A stretch of DNA of 64,000 bases from Candidatus Atabeyarchaeum deiterrae (GCA_037310415.1 CP147780.1:1920001-1984000); one strand, 5' to 3'; shown: positions 1 to 10,044, counted from the first letter of the stretch. A program made the numbers and translations. The notes: generated by a model not told the origin, from the sequence alone.

Positions 1-225
1 ATTTGGGAATCCATAGAAATCATGGATCGTCTCAGGCTTGTCGTTACACGTCAGACGAGTTCCGCTTGTAAGCCAATGCGCCGAGATGACCAGTATCGCT
101 TTCGGCTTCGGCAGCTCCTTCCCCAAGGCAGTTAGGTGCCTAGTAAAATCATTTTGCAGTACGACGTTCATTGGAGATCCATGACCGATAAACAGTACAG
201 GCATCTTCTCAGTCTTTGCCGCCAT
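1..225 (-). CDS. 4,5-DOPA-type extradiol dioxygenase (YgiD/LigB class III family), N-terminal part; runs off the left edge
   Basis: Not in the ORF track. Manual translation from the ATG at 225 gives MAAKTEKMPVLFIGHGSPMN...AILVISAHW...ETIHDFYGFPN, with the HGSP, SAHW and HDFYGFP motifs. Confidence 0.9.
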   Translation of the reverse strand, partial: MAAKTEKMPVLFIGHGSPMNVVLQNDFTRHLTALGKELPKPKAILVISAHWLTSGTRLTCNDKPETIHDFYGFPN

Positions 226-268
226 AGTCGCCTTCTTTGCCATATCTTCACCATCTTGTCTTGTCTGT

Positions 269-466
269 TCAGCGCTTCTTCTTGGCAATCTGGCGCCAAA
301 CCGAAAGCCAGTACATAACGATCAGAATCAGAATGACTACTGCCGCATATAGCAGCAGGAGCCTGATATTAGGATCCCGCGCAAACGTGCCGAGAAAGAT
401 GATAAACAGGTCTAAACCAGCAGCAAGCATCAGCCAGCTAACGCTTTTCTTTGAAATAGGAGTCAC
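269..466 (-). CDS. Small membrane protein, two TM helices
   Basis: 65 aa, two hydrophobic segments and a basic C-terminus; co-oriented with its neighbours. Confidence 0.5.
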   Translation of the reverse strand: MTPISKKSVSWLMLAAGLDLFIIFLGTFARDPNIRLLLLYAAVVILILIVMYWLSVWRQIAKKKR

Positions 467-633
467 TCTCCATTATACGAACAAGATCATGAAGACATTT
501 ATCGCACTCAGGGTAAATGAACGTTTCCTCATATTGATGTGGTTTTCAGCTTTCTGGGGACGAAATTCTTATGGTTTCAGGCCGCATAATGCGATTCGGA
601 ACGCACTAAGAATCAAGACTCAGGGATGGCTCA

Positions 634-987
634 TCACTTCAACAGTTGTTCGAGCTTGGGCAACTGTTTGCCCTTCTTCACTGCCTCAATCATGTCCGAG
701 ATCTTCTTGATGTCTTTCCGGAAGCCTCGACGAACGCGATACAATTCGTACATCGTACAGATGGTAAGAGTCGTAACCCCGACAATGAAACCATATAGAG
801 GTGTCACATTCTGAAATAGTAGCGTATAAAGAACGACAAGAAACCCGATGAAGATTGCGAAACTTGTTGTGACTACCGTCGTGTATTTTGCATGGGCTCG
901 CTCCGAGCAAACTTGTATTTTCAGCAATTCGATGCCTTGATCCATATTCTGACCCTTGAGGCCTACCTTCTCCTCCTGTCCTTCCAT
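634..987 (-). CDS. Hypothetical membrane protein, two TM helices
   Basis: Start moved to MEGQEEK (987) to remove the overlap with the upstream gene; two hydrophobic helices. Confidence 0.6.
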   Translation of the reverse strand: MEGQEEKVGLKGQNMDQGIELLKIQVCSERAHAKYTTVVTTSFAIFIGFLVVLYTLLFQNVTPLYGFIVGVTTLTICTMYELYRVRRGFRKDIKKISDMIEAVKKGKQLPKLEQLLK

Positions 988-1027
988 GTACACACTTCCT
1001 ATGCCTCTTGAATCAATCACGACTTTC

Positions 1028-1612
1028 TCATATATGAATCGCGAACTTACATTCCTTGCCACCGGAGACCGCAGACTGCATGATTTCGACTCTCACCGGT
1101 CTTTCCAGAACGCTTTCCCAATACTTTTTGACAAATCCTCTCGAGCATTGGCAGTAGGAGCGTGATACCGTCTCATTTGCGGGCAACCCTCTGAGCAAGC
1201 CACAGAAGCACCTCATGGGCGTCTTAAACGACTGAGGCATGAAATACCAATACAGAACGTCTCCATCTTTGGTGAGCTTTGTTCCTGTCATCGGCTTCTT
1301 CTGCTCCGCTTCAAGGAACTCATCCAAGCTACTGGACTTCTTGCGGCGCGTTTTGGCCCTTTGTATTACTGCCTTGTTTTGCATTGCACAATTGGCACCA
1401 CATGCCTCCATAACCTTTATCCTCGTCTTCTCATCGACCAGCGAATCCATTCTCTCCATCGCACTCTTGACCCAACCGGCAATCTTGTCTTTGCTGGTAC
1501 TCGCCGTTATCTTTTCACTGCCCTCCAAAACCTTCTTCTTCACTTCGGTTCCAGCAAAATGCTCCAAGTTTCCAGCTATTTCCTTTATCATGTCAACATG
1601 TGTTCTTGGCAT
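1028..1612 (-). CDS. DUF6144-like Cys-rich protein (V4R-like C-terminus)
   Basis: CGANC, RCFCG, YCQCSRG and GGKECKFAI motifs; start MPRTH follows a GGTGG SD-like sequence. Confidence 0.7.
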   Translation of the reverse strand: MPRTHVDMIKEIAGNLEHFAGTEVKKKVLEGSEKITASTSKDKIAGWVKSAMERMDSLVDEKTRIKVMEACGANCAMQNKAVIQRAKTRRKKSSSLDEFLEAEQKKPMTGTKLTKDGDVLYWYFMPQSFKTPMRCFCGLLRGLPANETVSRSYCQCSRGFVKKYWESVLERPVRVEIMQSAVSGGKECKFAIHI

Positions 1613-1973
1613 GCAAGCCACCACTTTCATCATGGACATAACCATGGTATATAAGATTCCTTTTCAATTCACTCATGTAGTCTTCAACATTTCTCTGCGA
1701 ACCGAACGGTAAGGAGATAACGACGGGATCAAAGCTAGGATCCAAGCTTCTCCGTACTATTCTGAAGCTACTCTTTCCAATGACGATGATCCTATTGAAG
1801 ATCAGTGAGTCTACCTCATTTCTAAGATATTGGGTGCAGGAAACTATTGCTTCTTCTTTCTCATCCTTGGGTAGTTTGTCAATAGGGCACTTCACCACAT
1901 CAATAAGGTAAAATCCTTGGTTCATGAACTTGCTCAGGAAGTGCTCCTTGTTAAAGTCCCTATAGTGCTTCAT
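1593..1973 (-). pseudogene. N-terminally truncated uracil-DNA glycosylase superfamily protein
   Basis: GFYLIDVVKCP, IIVIGK and SLPF segments resemble the C-terminal half of the UDG fold. An in-frame stop lies about 20 codons upstream, so there is no N-terminal catalytic strand. Confidence 0.45.
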
Positions 1974-2036
1974 CTCTTTCTGAAACAGAACTGTCCTTGC
2001 AGCGACCTCTCGCCCGAAATCTATGAGACTACATCA

Positions 2037-2303
2037 ATGAGCGTCGTTGGAATGACTAGAACAGTGAATATCTGGTTGACGTGGAGCGCTGGGGGGACTG
2101 TGAGAGTGATTTATGACAAAGACACTGGCTTAGTTGTCGATATGTTCATCACCAATCTGATATCGCCGGCGGTTGGAACTGTGACTTTGATTTCAACGAA
2201 CGCCTTCCTCAACTCTGATCTACTAATCATAGGGTTGGCGGTTGCTGGAGCGATTATTGTCGGAATCATGGTCGTCTTAATCGTTGTCAGACGGAGGAAA
2301 TGA
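2037..2303 (+). pseudogene. C-terminal fragment of an archaeal exported protein with a membrane anchor
   Basis: MTRTVN...IYDKDTGLVV segment, then a TM helix and RRRK; no signal peptide or N-terminal domain upstream. Confidence 0.5.
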
Positions 2304-2396
2304 AGATAAGCGAGAGTACATGCGGAACTCCGCTCCCAAGTTTTTTCAATCACGACTTCTTGTCTGCGCTCGTTCATCAAAGTTTGCGACAGTATC

Positions 2397-3278
2397 CTAT
2401 GCTATGTTGGAAAGTGAATCGATTATATCATTTATTCTCTTCCTTTGTTGATCTCTCCCCACAACGTCGCCAGGCAGTTGATCCAGCAGGGCGATGCTTT
2501 CCTTGTAGTAGTTGAGCGCCTCTTTCAGCAAGCGTCTATCCTTCAGTTTCTCTCCGATGTTTGAGAGATTCATGAAGTGAGTAATTTTGCCTTTCCTGTC
2601 GAGCTTGTCGACTTCAACTCTCTGCCACTCAAACCTATTCACATAATCCAAGCAATCCTTGATTAGCCTTTCATCGTGCATCACGTCACTGTGACTGCAT
2701 AGCACAATTTTCGCTTCTCTGGCCAAGTACTCTTGCAGTGTTGCTTTGTATGTCCGGAAGTTCAGCTCGTTAATATAGGGAACGGGTGACTCGATGTTGT
2801 CACCCACGAAAAGCGTTTTGTCCACATGATCGAAGCACGATGCTGAGTCTACCGTGTGCCCTGGCGTGTAGTAGAACTCCACGCCCTCATCGACAAAAAC
2901 CATCCTGTCGCTGAAGACGAGACTCGGAAACACTATCTCGACCTTTCCCTGTCTGTCGCCTTCGAAATTCCTCAGTGCGTCTTCGCTTTCTTTCTCCATT
3001 CTTCTGAGGCACGCCTCGTGCGCAACGATCACTGAGGATTTGAAACTACCATTTCCCCAGTAATGATCGTAGTCGGCATGAGAGTTGAAGACAACAAGAG
3101 GCTTGGAGCTCAGCTCGTTCTCTTCGACATACTGTTTCACATCTTGCATAGGTTGGTTCCCCAGAAACGTGTCGAGTAGGAACACACGGTTCTGACCATT
3201 TATCAGAAAGCAATTGGTTTTGTAGGGTTCCTCGAATGTGAACAGCACACCTCTGCTTGCGATTCTCTGGACGTTCAT
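2397..3278 (-). CDS. MBL-fold metallo-hydrolase with a C-terminal TPR-like helix pair
   Basis: NSHADYDHYWGN, TPGHT, GDN and SH motifs; tail NLSNIGEKLKDRRLLKEALNYYKESI. Start set at MNVQR. Confidence 0.85.
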   Translation of the reverse strand: MNVQRIASRGVLFTFEEPYKTNCFLINGQNRVFLLDTFLGNQPMQDVKQYVEENELSSKPLVVFNSHADYDHYWGNGSFKSSVIVAHEACLRRMEKESEDALRNFEGDRQGKVEIVFPSLVFSDRMVFVDEGVEFYYTPGHTVDSASCFDHVDKTLFVGDNIESPVPYINELNFRTYKATLQEYLAREAKIVLCSHSDVMHDERLIKDCLDYVNRFEWQRVEVDKLDRKGKITHFMNLSNIGEKLKDRRLLKEALNYYKESIALLDQLPGDVVGRDQQRKRINDIIDSLSNIA

Positions 3279-3570
3279 TCTTCTCACACCATCCACTGAA
3301 TGCTCGCGTCTCAGTATATTTGTTTTCATTAATCTGAAGATGGCAGTATTCGCCCTCAAGCACTGGCTACGACAAAAAGGGTATTTGCGAGAGAAAGAAC
3401 TCGCAGCTTTGGGGCTTCAGTCTGCTATTTGCGGATTGCATGGATTGAGCTGTATCACGTTTGAGTGTTCTCCTCCGCGTTTGCGCGGAAAGGTTTATTA
3501 CTATCATGATGTTAAAACGAATACAACGGTTGAAAGATATACATGAGGGAATCTCAGAGGTAGACTACAT

Positions 3571-4335
3571 TTGGAAAAAGAACTTTTCACTAGCTTAATG
3601 CGAAAAGCGTCCCTTTCCTGCTTCGCCGTGGGCATATTCGCGATCTCTAGCTCGGTTGCGCAATCAGTACTTGAGTTTCTGGCATTGGATCCGATAACCT
3701 CAGCCTTGTCCGCAGCCATGATATCAGGGTCCATAGATCCTTTGTTACTAACGCAACTGAGTCAGGTAATGAGCGCATATCTCCTGCCTACTCTCGTTCT
3801 TCTTATGGTGACACTATCGCTCACAATTGTCTTCGCTTTCTACTCATACAAAGTCGGACAGGCATATGAAATTGGCTCGGGCAAAATAGCGGGACCATCA
3901 TACGTGATCATGCAACTAGCAGCAATACCCGTATTACTTGCGAGCTACCAGATACTTGGGATGTTGCCACAGATCATTGTTGACCCGACGTCGGTTATCA
4001 GTCAGCTTTTGGGCATAATCCTCATAATAGGTGTAGGGGCTTTGCTGGCGCTTGCGTTCATGTTCGTGTTCATAATTACATTCGCGATCGCCCTCCACAG
4101 GATGCGAATACAAACAGACATCAGTCTATTCGATACTGCGATGTGGTTGATCATCATAGCCGTAATCCTTACATTCTTGAATTCGGTGTTCACGTCCATG
4201 GGAATACCTATCAGCATTGGCGACTTGTTCCTGCAGATCGGGATAATCACGTATGGGTTGGCACTGAGCAGGGCAGGGCGAATGGGCGCTGTGCCGAAAC
4301 TTCTCAAGGATCGATCCGCGACTGGGGAAAGCTAG
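3571..4335 (+). CDS. Polytopic membrane protein (about 6 TM), unknown function
   Basis: 254 aa with alternating hydrophobic helices; T-rich tract after the stop. Confidence 0.7.
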   Translation: MEKELFTSLMRKASLSCFAVGIFAISSSVAQSVLEFLALDPITSALSAAMISGSIDPLLLTQLSQVMSAYLLPTLVLLMVTLSLTIVFAFYSYKVGQAYEIGSGKIAGPSYVIMQLAAIPVLLASYQILGMLPQIIVDPTSVISQLLGIILIIGVGALLALAFMFVFIITFAIALHRMRIQTDISLFDTAMWLIIIAVILTFLNSVFTSMGIPISIGDLFLQIGIITYGLALSRAGRMGAVPKLLKDRSATGES

Positions 4336-4578
4336 GAGTTTTCCCGCTCGCTCTCTTTTTCGCTGACGCCGACGCGTACTCAAACAATGTAAACTTTCAG
4401 TCGTCGTATTGACTGGGAGGAATTGCCTCTTTCATCGCGCGAGTTCTTCAACTGACGAGGCGCGTCGAACAGCGGGTCCAGAGAATAATATTATAAGAGC
4501 AATAATCAAACACTAGGTTCATCCGGATTTCTCCCGTTTGCTTGGAGAACCTGTTACTAGGAGGGTGGAATAGGAAGG

Positions 4579-5307
4579 ATGGCCCGATGTCCAGAATGCG
4601 GAAAGTGGATATGGACTTTCTTATCAAATGAAACAGAGTGCCCAAAGTGCGGAGCCATATTGAAAGTTCACAGAGTTTTTCTTGGCAGATTCACCTCGAC
4701 ATGGTTTGAGACCGTAGGATTCACTCCATCATCCGCGGGAGCTCGCCACCACTTCGCCCGAGATCCTTCTTTTTCGAAGCAAGAGATTGTGCCTGGAGGA
4801 CTTGAAGGAGAGTTAGGAGAGGCTACTCTGCCTGACTACGTTGAAGACGAAGAAGAAAACCCTTCTTATCGACCTCTCTACTCAGACAGAAAAGGTAAAG
4901 ACGCGTCGAAAGCAAGTCCGCAGCAGAGGAGCACAGGGGCTAGCAGAGATATGCTCTCCTCGCAGGACAAGAATGTTGAAGGGAGGCGATGCATCTTCTG
5001 TGGTGCGGGGATCAGGCAACCAGACACCAAGTTCTGCCCAAGCTGCGGCGCAAGATTGCACCTGCAGCCACGAGTCGTCGCATCCACGCAAACCGAGGCT
5101 AACCCTGAAGCTGAGAAACAAGTGACAGGTGAAAGCAGGGAAACGCACGATTGCATCGTCTGCAACGAAGAACTGACCGAAAAAAATGACGTGGTGTGGT
5201 GCCCTCACTGCGGTCAACCAGCCCACAGGGATCATATGGTTAAATGGATCCGTGAGAAGGGGCGCTGCCCGAATTGCGGGGCATCGCTAGATGAGCGATT
5301 ATCTTAG
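4579..5307 (+). CDS. Zinc-ribbon protein with a C-terminal RING-like finger
   Basis: CPECG..CPKCG, CIFCG..CPSCG, and a terminal CIVC-x12-CPHC-x4-H-x2-H-x3-W-x6-CPNC. Confidence 0.8.
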   Translation: MARCPECGKWIWTFLSNETECPKCGAILKVHRVFLGRFTSTWFETVGFTPSSAGARHHFARDPSFSKQEIVPGGLEGELGEATLPDYVEDEEENPSYRPLYSDRKGKDASKASPQQRSTGASRDMLSSQDKNVEGRRCIFCGAGIRQPDTKFCPSCGARLHLQPRVVASTQTEANPEAEKQVTGESRETHDCIVCNEELTEKNDVVWCPHCGQPAHRDHMVKWIREKGRCPNCGASLDERLS

Positions 5308-5316
5308 GACTAAGCA

Positions 5317-5366
5317 AATCGATGCTACCCCGACCCCCTCATTAAGGGGTCGTGTTATCATCGATT
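5317..5366. repeat. 50-bp imperfect palindrome between convergent genes (possible terminator or MITE-like end)
   Basis: AATCGATGCTACCCCGACCCC-CTCATTAA-GGGGTCGTGTTATCATCGATT; 21-bp arms with 3 mismatches. Confidence 0.75.
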
Positions 5367-5402
5367 GATCGCACGTATTTGGCAATGTTGCCGAACTGTG
5401 AG

Positions 5403-5732
5403 TCATGCTTTGGAGACAATGTCAACCAATACTATCCTGAATTGGAGCGTCTTGCCAACCATCGGATGCTTGCCAGTCTTCCCGTAAGCCAACTCAGGGG
5501 GAAGGGTTACAGTCTTTTCCTCGCCCGGTTTCATACCGAGTATTGCATCGTTGAAGCCTTTTATGACTTGACCTGCGCCCAACTTCACTGTAAGCGGTTT
5601 GTAGTCGCGTCCTTTCTGAAGTATACCAGCTCGGACGGCTTCCTTCTCCATGGATGTATCAAAGACTTTTCCGCCAGGGAACTTTCCCACATAATGGACT
5701 CTGACCGTGTCGCCGGTTTTTGCTTCTGACAT
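5403..5732 (-). CDS. FKBP-type peptidyl-prolyl cis-trans isomerase (short SlyD-like)
   Basis: [32 protein letters not shown] and GKTLQF motifs. Confidence 0.92.
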   Translation of the reverse strand: MSEAKTGDTVRVHYVGKFPGGKVFDTSMEKEAVRAGILQKGRDYKPLTVKLGAGQVIKGFNDAILGMKPGEEKTVTLPPELAYGKTGKHPMVGKTLQFRIVLVDIVSKA

Positions 5733-5870
5733 GACAGTTCACCTTACGGCTAGATTTGGCGACGACGTTGCTTTTCTACCTTGTGTTCTCCTTAATGCTT
5801 GACTCTATGTGAAACCTCGCAATCCTCATTATAGTGCCGAGCCACTTCACTTCAGGAGATGGGACAGCGT

Positions 5871-6017
5871 ATGAGGAAATGCCCCGGTGAATGGATGCAC
5901 ACGGAAACCCGAATGAAACCCAGCGTGGGAATCGGAAGCCATAAACCAAGCTTTCCCCGAAGGAGTACACGTGAAGTGTGTCTACATTGCCACTACAGCA
6001 CAATGTGGTCATTATAG
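5871..6017 (+). CDS. Small (48 aa) degenerate zinc-ribbon-like ORF
   Basis: Below the track cut-off. MRKCPGEWM...VCLHCHYSTMWSL, with an AGGAG SD-like sequence upstream. Confidence 0.4.
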   Translation: MRKCPGEWMHTETRMKPSVGIGSHKPSFPRRSTREVCLHCHYSTMWSL

Positions 6018-6138
6018 TCGCTGCGCAAATCGTTTGCGTGCGCCATGAGTCATTTCCCTCCGCGATCAAGGCGACCGCGAATAGCACATTACGATTCTTT
6101 GATCAACTTCACTCCACCGAGATATCCTATAAGTATGC

Positions 6139-7244
6139 TTACATTGTGCCTTCAATGCAGTCTAAGATCCTCTCCATTGGCAGTTGCGGGGCTTCCAGCA
6201 ACAGCCGACGGCTTGTCAGAGGCCGACCGGAAACCAACGCTGCGATTTCGTCGTAGGTTAGGTTCAGTAGAAGTGCTGCCTTCATCGAGTCGTGTAACCA
6301 GTTCAAGACAACTGTTTCTTGCTTCTCCAGAAGTCAGTCGTCACAGAGCCAGCATCGAATTTCCGATACTGTAGGCAATCTGCGTGGTAGGTTAACACAT
6401 CTAATCCCTTTGGTCTTAGATCGAAAAACGGTACAGCCAGAACCCTTCTATCAAAGAACCCCATGTAAGAAAATCTCTCGCTACCATAACCCTCTCTCAA
6501 TTGCTTTATACCACTCTGGGGACTGACAGATTCAGATTCGACCGCAATGATCTCATCGCTGGTCACTTCTTCCTTGTAATTCGAACTCACCTTGCCGAAA
6601 GCCTTTATTGTTGCGAGCTGGGACAAAGAAGCTCCCTTCCCTATGTATCTCCTCTCCCTTAGTTCCTCGAGGAGCTTTGTCTTGAACGCAATAAGGTCTG
6701 GCCCCGATCCAGTGTCTTCCAGTACCATGAATCCCTTCGACATGAAGAACTCGGCGGCGATGAGGTTTGTTATACTTTCTCTGATGGAGTTGCACCCGTT
6801 TGAATGCAGATTATCACTCCTATAAATGAGAATACTATCTGAATCATGTTCGCTTGTGAACAGCTTCTCGATGGTCTCTTTTTGTTGTCGCAGAGCAGGC
6901 AGATTCTTGTGATCTTGGAAGCAGCAAGTCGCGTCAGAGTATGTGAATGAAATGAACCTCGCTTTGTCGGCAAGCTGATTGATTGTTTCACAGTCACCAA
7001 CTAGGGTTGGGTTGTTGCTAGGTTCAACTGCTGTCATTCGATTGTTCGAGCGCTTCGAAGGAATGCATAGAAACTGGAGAGCAAGGAGAGCATCTCGTGG
7101 AGAGACAGCAGTAAGAAGGGGAAATCCGCCCAGCCACCCCACCTTGTGATTTTCTGACCCGTTGTCAGCCAACCATTTGAAGGCGTTATACATGGCCAGC
7201 AGAGCTGTTCTTCTATTGAGATGGCGGTGTTCCTGTCTCCTCAT
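6139..7244 (-). pseudogene. PD-(D/E)xK nuclease-like protein split by a 1-nt frameshift near 6310
   Basis: AAEFF..GF.V..GSGPDLIAF..IIAVESES..GIKQL. After the TGA at 6303 a protein-like frame (VVLNWLHDSMKAALLLNLTYDEIAAL...IEGTM) continues to a TAA at 6139-6141. Confidence 0.55.
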
Positions 7245-7312
7245 GCGATATTCTCATCCTGCAAGCAAATCCTCCACAACGATATTTAAGGTCCCTTCCA
7301 TTAGCCGCGGTA

Positions 7313-7690
7313 TTGATAACGAAAAGAAGCGGCAAGTTTCAGCCTGAAGCTCTCTTTGCACACTCTGAATCCAGTGTCTTCAAGGTATACAAGAGATTTG
7401 AGATGCTCGTGCGATCAATTGGGCCTGTGACCATTATTCCTCAGAAGGCCCGCGTTGCCTTTCAAGTGCGAACGCGATTTGTCTCGGCATATCCAAGAAA
7501 ATCGCACCTACTAGTCGGCTTTGACTTCGCACGCAAGGTCAGTAGTCCCAGGTTCCACAAGATAGAGCAGTATGGAAGGCACACTTTCACTCACTATCTC
7601 CGAGTTGAGAAAGAAGAGGACTTTGATGAGGAACTCATCGGCTGGATTCGTGAATCATACCAGGTCGGGCAGCAGATGCATGTGCAGTGA
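7313..7690 (+). CDS. DUF5655-like domain protein
   Basis: VAFQVRTRF, THYLRV and FDEELIGWIRESY motifs. Confidence 0.7.
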   Translation: MITKRSGKFQPEALFAHSESSVFKVYKRFEMLVRSIGPVTIIPQKARVAFQVRTRFVSAYPRKSHLLVGFDFARKVSSPRFHKIEQYGRHTFTHYLRVEKEEDFDEELIGWIRESYQVGQQMHVQ

Positions 7691-7796
7691 ATATGTGGGG
7701 CTGGCAAAGAGAATTTGCAGTGCTACGTCCAAAGACTTAATAGCGGAAGATCGTTTCCTCTCAAATATCGAGGCTAACTCGTGCCCCTAATACCAA

Positions 7797-8540
7797 GTGA
7801 TTGATTTGACTGATAGGAAGATCGCATTCGTAGCGGGAGGAGGAAAATACGGCTCTGGCGCTCTGACGTACTTCATGAAGGAGCCGGATTGGAATGTGAT
7901 TATATGCGATGAAGATCGTGAGTGTCAAGCTTCGAAACTTGTGAGAACCATAGTTGAACTGAAAGCACTCGGAAACCCTTCGAAAATCAGATACCCTTTG
8001 ATGATGGTTGGCGACGCTGCTGAAGCGTTAATCAGATTCTTTGCAGACGGAATTGTTCCGGAGATAATTGTTCCATGTGTCCCAGTCCATTTTGCCGCCA
8101 AAGTGCTGACAGGTTACTTAGCTAGCCTGGGATTGAGCGTTCAGCCGGATGCCCGGTCTCTTACAATAGGGTTCGAGAGGGTTCCACTTGAGGAAGCGGA
8201 ATTCGCGCTCAGCGAGAATGACGCCTTAGCCTTAGCGAGCAAGATGCCTTTTAACATGCGATGCGCCTCTGGGTGCAGTCAGCCTGAGCGCTGTCCAGTG
8301 ACAGGCAGACCCCTAGCAAAGGCTATGTATGAACTCATAACTGCAACGTTGAACAATACTGGTGCAGATATTGTCAAAGTGCTTAGGAGTCACCTTTTGG
8401 CGCCGAACATAGGCGGCTTCTCAGGCAAGGAATTGAGGCAGACTGTGGATCTTTGCATTGGAAAGAAGCCTTGCACTTTGGCTTTGGCGACTTCATGCAG
8501 TTGCCACGCAGTCGCCAATGTTTTCAAGATCGGAACCTGA
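7797..8540 (+). CDS. Rossmann-fold NAD(P)-binding protein with a Cys-rich C-terminus
   Basis: GGGKYG, PCVPVH, CASGC..RCPVTG and ATSCSCH motifs. Confidence 0.7.
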   Translation: MIDLTDRKIAFVAGGGKYGSGALTYFMKEPDWNVIICDEDRECQASKLVRTIVELKALGNPSKIRYPLMMVGDAAEALIRFFADGIVPEIIVPCVPVHFAAKVLTGYLASLGLSVQPDARSLTIGFERVPLEEAEFALSENDALALASKMPFNMRCASGCSQPERCPVTGRPLAKAMYELITATLNNTGADIVKVLRSHLLAPNIGGFSGKELRQTVDLCIGKKPCTLALATSCSCHAVANVFKIGT

Positions 8541-8546
8541 CCCTTA

Positions 8547-9359
8547 TTAACTTCTCCTGTGTACCATCGTCTTATACTTGTACTCGTCAACTTTGAGTAG
8601 ATCCATGACTTTGTTGGGTTGTTTTTTGACAAGGTTCCTGCACGCTCTATACGCTATCCAGAAGGAATTCCTGTCTCCGCTTTCCACCAGAGTTTTGACC
8701 AGGCCGTATACGAGGTCCGGCAGTTTCCTCGCCAAGTCACTCAGGTTGTTTCCCACGGAGGTGCGGGCATAAGGAAAACTCTCCTTGAACATATTCCTCA
8801 AGATTGGCAATGGGTATTCGGGTTTGCTGTAGAACCATGCATTCTCTTGCACAGGTCGAAGGGTCTCGCCGACGAAACGTCGCACGTTGCCATCCTCTGA
8901 CTTGAGAAGTTGCAGGAGGTATTTCTTCATCTCGTTAGGATACTTTTTTATCAGTTTTCGAAAAAACATCTGCGAGATCTCCCTTACGTTCCAATCTGGC
9001 GAAGAAGCCGAAGACTCGAAGTATGGAAGTACTTTCTCGTAGTCAACGACACCATAGAATGATAGGACGCCCAATGCCACCATCTTGCTCTTGTAGTTCG
9101 CACTGGCTTCATAAAGACGTGATGCGATTTCAAATGGCGGTTTCTTGATATCTACGAGTCGCGAGTATATGTTCTCGCTGAGAACCTTGATCGTATACAC
9201 TATTCCGTACGAGGTGCGCTTGTTGTCTGGGATGTTGTTATACAGCTCAGTTATGATGGATGAGATGTTCTGTGACGCCAAATCGTATTCTCCTTGCACA
9301 GCTTTGGCTACGACATTCTCTCTAATCTCTTCCTCTATTCTCTCAGTCAGTATTCTCAT
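8547..9359 (-). CDS. DNA alkylation repair protein (AlkC/AlkD-like HEAT repeats)
   Basis: DWNVRE, NVRRFVGETLRP, YARTSVGNNLSD and WIAYRACRNL motifs. Confidence 0.8.
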   Translation of the reverse strand: MRILTERIEEEIRENVVAKAVQGEYDLASQNISSIITELYNNIPDNKRTSYGIVYTIKVLSENIYSRLVDIKKPPFEIASRLYEASANYKSKMVALGVLSFYGVVDYEKVLPYFESSASSPDWNVREISQMFFRKLIKKYPNEMKKYLLQLLKSEDGNVRRFVGETLRPVQENAWFYSKPEYPLPILRNMFKESFPYARTSVGNNLSDLARKLPDLVYGLVKTLVESGDRNSFWIAYRACRNLVKKQPNKVMDLLKVDEYKYKTMVHRRS

Positions 9360-9426
9360 GGATCATGATCTCCAGTCCCTTGAGTAAAAACGCGGGTGGT
9401 GTGTCTGTCGATATTCTTTGAGCCCG

Positions 9427-10044
9427 TTACCATCTGTCTACGTGCATTCGTTCCCTAAGTGATATGCGTTTTTGTCTGACGAAGTATTTGCTCGGGTATC
9501 CGATGGGAATCATTGCAGCGATCTCGTAATCTTCCGGGAGGCGCAATTCCTGTTTCAGACGAGTCGTTTCATGAGGTACGCATGTCACACCGTACAAACC
9601 TTCTGCCGCCATCGCAAGCAAGATATTTTCGATACACGCCCAGACGGAAGCAAGGCAGTTAAGATCAAAAAGAGTCTCGCTCTCTTTGAGAGGCTTTTTC
9701 ATTCTGAAACATACGACCAGCAGTTCTGGTGAACTTGTGAGCATCCTTTTCTGAACGGGAATCGCTTTCAGGTACATCTCCCTCTGCATTTTATCCGTCA
9801 TATTCCTCGTGACCGTGCCCAGTTCCTTGGCATCTGTTATGGCCCTTGTTGTTCCTTCCGTTTCTGCGATTCTTCTTCTTTGTTCGGGATCCTTCACGAG
9901 GATAAACTCCCATTCTCTTAGATGATCGTGTGTCGGTGCCTTCAATCCTGCGTCAAGAATTCTCATCAGTTTGTCCTCTTCGACGTGCATAGATTGGAAT
10001 TCCCTCACACTTCGCCTCTTCTCAACAGTCTCGTAGAAATCCAA
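9427..10044 (-). CDS. Nitroreductase family protein
   Basis: KRRSVREF, APT, ENILLAMAAEGL and IPIGYP; TTG start after GAAGGTGA. Confidence 0.9.
   Translation of the reverse strand: MDFYETVEKRRSVREFQSMHVEEDKLMRILDAGLKAPTHDHLREWEFILVKDPEQRRRIAETEGTTRAITDAKELGTVTRNMTDKMQREMYLKAIPVQKRMLTSSPELLVVCFRMKKPLKESETLFDLNCLASVWACIENILLAMAAEGLYGVTCVPHETTRLKQELRLPEDYEIAAMIPIGYPSKYFVRQKRISLRERMHVDRW

Noticed and set aside
5979-5993. CxxCH heme-c motif in the 48-aa ORF
   Set aside because: There is no signal peptide, and a zinc knuckle explains the motif better.
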